Source: Francisellaceae bacterium UBA6186 (GTDB taxonomy: Bacteria; Pseudomonadota; Gammaproteobacteria; UBA6186; Azoamicaceae). Taken from it: 8,357 nt of DNA. The translations under genes were made by a program, and so were the position numbers. The notes beneath the pieces are model-generated. The model saw nothing but the letters and a program-made list of their open reading frames with translations, was not told the DNA's origin and ran no database searches. Shown in pieces: positions 5,530 to 8,357 of this stretch; position 1 is the stretch's first letter, and every line of letters begins with the position of its first letter. The DNA is taken from assembly GCA_002422785.1 (NCBI GenBank), contig DITK01000058.1, positions 1-8,357 of the forward strand. Direction: 5' to 3'.

Positions 5530-6057
5530 TTAAGATAGTTGCCATAACACGTTGTCCGTGTCATGCGTTCCAACTTCTTTTGTAATGTATTCCATCCAAC
5601 CGCTATCAGCTAAGTCAACTTTGTACTGTTCGTCAATCTCACAAACATGCATCTTAGCTTCACGTACCAAAGCATCAACTTGGTTTAGTGCTATATGACT
5701 TGGTAAATTACCAATAGCCAAATGTAGGTGTAAATTTTTGCTACTTCGCTGCCCTTCCACCACAACAAAGTAATTTAATTTCTTTCCATACTTTTCAGCT
5801 GCACGTTTACCAAATACTTCTCTATTCAGCTTTTGTGTAAATCGCTTTGCAACCCTATCGCAATCACTTCTTTGTAGCTTTTCAATATAAACACCATTAG
5901 CATTTTTTATACTTGAATGTTGCTTTAAGGTGAGTGTTAAAGCGATTGGGTATTGCTTGTGAAGAGAAGATGCAAATGACCTTACAGCTTGTTTGACTGT
6001 TGGTGTTGCATTTGGTTTATATGCGGTTTTATTGCGAATATCTGCTAGTGTGTACAT
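5530..6057 (-). CDS. Minimal HUH-superfamily Rep-like protein (175 aa; rolling-circle Rep, inovirus Gp2 or YagK/YfjJ-like)
   Basis: All three rolling-circle motifs occur in the canonical order. Motif 1 is IALTLTL (residues 38-44). Motif 2 (HUH) is NLHLHLAIG, with H110 at 5728-5730 and H112 at 5722-5724. Motif 3 is EYITKE, a Y-x-x-K with Y157 at 5587-5589 and K160 at 5578-5580. The pre-HUH context RFTQKLNREVFGKRAAEKYGKKLNYFVVVEG is typical of small Rep proteins. No helicase domain is present. The RBS is weak. Confidence 0.7.
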   Translation of the reverse strand: MYTLADIRNKTAYKPNATPTVKQAVRSFASSLHKQYPIALTLTLKQHSSIKNANGVYIEKLQRSDCDRVAKRFTQKLNREVFGKRAAEKYGKKLNYFVVVEGQRSSKNLHLHLAIGNLPSHIALNQVDALVREAKMHVCEIDEQYKVDLADSGWMEYITKEVGTHDTDNVLWQLS

Positions 6058-6132
6058 GCAGTTATTTATGCGAAACCAAATAAAAGCAGAAATTTTTAAG
6101 AAGGTCGCATTGATCGTAAATTCCTAATATAG

Positions 6133-6165
6133 TTTTAGCTCAATTTACTATTTTTGGAGCTAAAA
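6133..6165 (+). promoter_or_regulatory. 9-bp stem-loop that would sequester the Shine-Dalgarno of the downstream gene (or a DNA operator)
   Basis: TTTTAGCTC (6133-6141) and GAGCTAAAA (6157-6165) are perfect reverse complements separated by a 15-nt loop. The 3' arm covers the GGAG SD (6156-6159) and ends directly before ATG 6166. Confidence 0.4.
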
Positions 6166-6606
6166 ATGAGTGTTTTAAACAAGTTCAAATTGGTTGTCGC
6201 AAATCGTCAAAACAAGCTTAGCCCAACTGCTTTTAGACGTAAAAAGCTATGTGGAAAAATTGCTGAACAGCTTGCTATGGCTAAAGCAAAAAAAGAAGGT
6301 AAAACATTCATTGCTACAAAGCTTAAACGTGTTGTAGATGCGAATACTGGAATAGCAACTGATATTGAAGTTACTAAACGAGTGAAAGAATGGTACTGGT
6401 TTGAGAATAATAAAATTCAATTGCAAATCATGTACGGCACTAAGCCGCTTACATTAAATGCTAAAGGTGCAAATACAGTTGAAATTGCTAGCGGTGACGA
6501 ACTGATTAATACATTAGAAGTATTAATAGAAGCTGTTGCAACGGGTGAACTTGATGATGCAATTGAAAGTGCTAGTAAAACACTACGCGAAAGATTTGAT
6601 AAGTAA
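6166..6606 (+). CDS. Hypothetical protein (146 aa), divergent from the Rep-like gene
   Basis: A GGAG SD lies 6 nt upstream of ATG 6166, and the TTG at 6154 lacks one. It is a clean ORF followed by a hairpin. I recognise no family motif. Confidence 0.8.
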   Translation: MSVLNKFKLVVANRQNKLSPTAFRRKKLCGKIAEQLAMAKAKKEGKTFIATKLKRVVDANTGIATDIEVTKRVKEWYWFENNKIQLQIMYGTKPLTLNAKGANTVEIASGDELINTLEVLIEAVATGELDDAIESASKTLRERFDK

Positions 6607-6614
6607 TTTAAGCT

Positions 6615-6660
6615 GCTGCATTAGTAGCCAAATTACTAATGTAGCAATTTAAAGTTAATT
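6615..6660 (+). terminator. Putative rho-independent terminator after the 146-aa gene
   Basis: A 12-bp stem, GCTGCATTAGTA (6615-6626) paired with TACTAATGTAGC (6634-6645), includes one G-U pair and has a 7-nt loop. It starts 9 nt after the stop. The following tract is A/U-rich but has no clean U-run. Confidence 0.45.
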
Positions 6661-6789
6661 TTATAAATGCTTGGGTTACCAATGCACTATCTACAGTAAG
6701 CACCACTCACGCTTTTTTAATTGCTGAGTATGAATATGGTATTGGCAATGTACTGATGATTGGTACTATGATTATTAATTATTAATGGT

Positions 6790-6984
6790 ATGAAAATAAA
6801 AGAAATTACAACATTACAGTCATCCGCTACAAAAACACCGCAACAACAAAGAATTGCAGGTCTACAGCGACAAAAACAAGTGGCAAGTGATGCACTTAAG
6901 GCTGAACGTAATAGACAAAAAATACAAAAAGCACAAAGTCAAATTGCAAAAGTAAAAGCTACTGCGTCTGCAACTAACTTATAA
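6790..6984 (+). CDS. Possible small Q/K-rich protein (64 aa)
   Basis: This is the only ORF in the 470-bp gap between 6606 and 7080. It has low-complexity, coiled-coil-like composition and a poor RBS. It could be spurious. Confidence 0.35.
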   Translation: MKIKEITTLQSSATKTPQQQRIAGLQRQKQVASDALKAERNRQKIQKAQSQIAKVKATASATNL

Positions 6985-7079
6985 CCGTCTACAAGCTACT
7001 GTTTTATATTCTTTTAACGGAACGGTTTACGAATTTATTTTGCGTTGCTGTAGGGTTATTTTGACATAAAAATTAACTT

Positions 7080-8357
7080 TTAACGTGGCAAAATCAATCC
7101 GTCTTTAATAACGTATTGTGCCAGTGCATTAGTTACCATTCGTTCTTTAGTAGTATGGTAATAAGTATCTTTAATTTGTTTTACGCTTGTTCCACACATT
7201 TCAGCAACTGCACTTAGCGAAAGATTACTATTAATCTTATCTGTAATAAAGTAATGTCTGCAGCTATACGGAACAATATCTCGTGTATTCAAGTTCATTA
7301 TTTCAGCTTTATCTAATAAAACTTTGAAATGATGGTCAATTGCACGAACTGTTATTGGTACATAACCGTTAGTGCTAAAAATTAACGCATCAGTTAGTTT
7401 TTTAGGTTTTTCTTTACTTGCTTCTTGTGCATAAAATTTAGGCTTGAATAACTTTAGTAATCTATCAAAATAATCTAAATCTTTAACCATAAAGACACGA
7501 GTTTTATCAACTTTACTCGTCTCAGCACGTACAGTTATTTTAACTAATTCGTGTTCTTCACCCTCATAAGTGTGTGTCTCATGTCGTATATCTTGCCAAC
7601 GTAATTGTAATTGCTCACCACGTCTTAATCCCGTCATAATTGCAATTGCAATATGAAAACATACTAGCGCTTTTACATAATTTTTATCATCATCTGTATC
7701 TTTCAGTGCTTCTTCTAAATATTCATTTAGTGCTTTCCAGAAGTCATTCATTTCTTCAGTTGTAAAGATACTGCGTCTTAACTTATCGTCTCCCTTATCT
7801 AACTTCTTCAATTTCTTAAATTCAAAACCATCAATGTCAGTTAACTTATTTTTATAAAGCCAACTCATCATTGCATTTATTGTGCTCTGTTCGTTAAGTA
7901 CAGTTGTTTGGCTAACAGCAATGCTTTTTTTTGTTTTAGTACGATTGCTTGAATAGTTAAAGCAATCCATTCGCTCTAACTCTTTCAGCTTTGTATCTTT
8001 CTTAATGAAGTTTAGCCAATGCTCTAAGTGCGTTTTAATTGTAGACAAACGACCTTTTACAATAATGCCGTCATCAACATCAATTTGCCGTTGCTTAACG
8101 TAACGATCAACACCCTCTTTTGTTGTTATTGAAAAGTAAGGTTTGTTGTTAGCTTCTAATACTTTTAATTCGTAATAGTATTTTTCAGCTTTATCTATTG
8201 CTGTTTGTCTATTTCTTACTTTAAGACTGAAACGTGCGTACTTGTGTTCTTTTACAAGCCACATCCTAAAGTGCCAAAACTCGCCGCGTTTATATAAGAG
8301 TACGTTGTCAAACAACGCAATCTCGTCTTCGCTAAATTCTTTTTTCTTAAGTGTCAT
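7080..8357 (-). CDS. Tyrosine integrase (phage-integrase family, 425 aa; the start codon coincides with the window edge)
   Basis: The N-terminus is integrase-like (LLYKRGEFWHFRMWLVKEHKYARFSLK). Box I is TGLRRGEQLQLRWQDI. The box II region is PYSCRHYFITDK ... MCGTSVKQIKDTYYH. The ATG occupies 8355-8357, so upstream signals cannot be seen. Confidence 0.9.
   Translation of the reverse strand: MTLKKKEFSEDEIALFDNVLLYKRGEFWHFRMWLVKEHKYARFSLKVRNRQTAIDKAEKYYYELKVLEANNKPYFSITTKEGVDRYVKQRQIDVDDGIIVKGRLSTIKTHLEHWLNFIKKDTKLKELERMDCFNYSSNRTKTKKSIAVSQTTVLNEQSTINAMMSWLYKNKLTDIDGFEFKKLKKLDKGDDKLRRSIFTTEEMNDFWKALNEYLEEALKDTDDDKNYVKALVCFHIAIAIMTGLRRGEQLQLRWQDIRHETHTYEGEEHELVKITVRAETSKVDKTRVFMVKDLDYFDRLLKLFKPKFYAQEASKEKPKKLTDALIFSTNGYVPITVRAIDHHFKVLLDKAEIMNLNTRDIVPYSCRHYFITDKINSNLSLSAVAEMCGTSVKQIKDTYYHTTKERMVTNALAQYVIKDGLILPR

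Larger units (their letters stand above)
219..8357. mobile_element. Segment of an integrative genomic island or satellite-like element (integrase, Rep-like gene, ori-like region, second recombinase, defence cargo); its boundaries are not in the window
   Basis: The window combines two complete tyrosine recombinases, an HUH Rep-like gene next to an iteron and palindrome region, orphan small genes and an RM cargo gene. I could identify no att repeats. Confidence 0.5.

Noticed and set aside
5530-6057. The Rep-like protein could be an IS200/IS605 TnpA or RAYT transposase acting on the adjacent hairpins.
   Set aside because: It lacks the characteristic N-terminal Y-H-x-V-W-x-x-K-Y-R block. The Tyr context is Y-x-x-K (Rep-like) rather than the transposase type. 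No tnpB or paired subterminal hairpin ends are visible. I have not fully excluded it.
6730-6785. A chain of tiny ORFs (MNMVLAMY, then MIGTMIINY joined by a TGATG overlap) just upstream of the 64-aa ORF, considered as leader peptides.
   Set aside because: They are too short, lack an RBS, and lie in AT-rich DNA where such ORFs arise by chance. I cannot support them from sequence alone.
6985-7079. I looked for a terminator between the convergent 64-aa ORF and the integrase.
   Set aside because: I found only a 6-bp AACCGT/ACGGTT pair with a 33-nt loop, which is not convincing.
1-8357. I looked for tRNA, tmRNA, rRNA and CRISPR arrays.
   Set aside because: I saw no cloverleaf-type conserved segments (for example GGTTCGAATCC-like T-arms) and no regularly spaced direct repeats of 25-40 nt.

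Overview
AT-rich (about 35% GC by eye) accessory or mobile DNA, probably from a gammaproteobacterium-like genome. The best-supported call is a full-length MmeI-family type IIL (IIG) restriction-modification fusion enzyme (219-3005, minus). It is collinear with MmeI by eye and keeps the D-x9-E-x-K nuclease motif, SAM motif FFDPACGCGNFL and catalytic NPPF. It is transcribed back-to-back with a tight operon of three unrecognised genes (3085-4456, plus). The two units share a dyad-symmetric control region in which each arm of a perfect 17-bp palindrome carries a TATAGT -10 box. The last operon gene has a Cys-His-Asp arrangement typical of transglutaminase-like cysteine peptidase folds. I consider this operon plus the RM enzyme the best candidate for an undescribed system. 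The rest of the window looks like mobile-element backbone. It holds a small FimB/FimE-sized tyrosine recombinase (4473-5048, minus) and a roughly 480-bp non-coding tract with AAGCTT-centred palindromes, CGCTGT iterons and a T-rich stretch (ori-like or recombination site). It also holds a minimal 175-aa HUH Rep-like protein with all three rolling-circle motifs (5530-6057, minus), two orphan small genes, and a 425-aa tyrosine integrase ending at the right edge (7080-8357, minus). A 29-codon open frame at the left edge may be the C-terminus of a third recombinase. I saw no tRNA, rRNA or CRISPR array. All family assignments come from motif recognition by eye and no database search was run.
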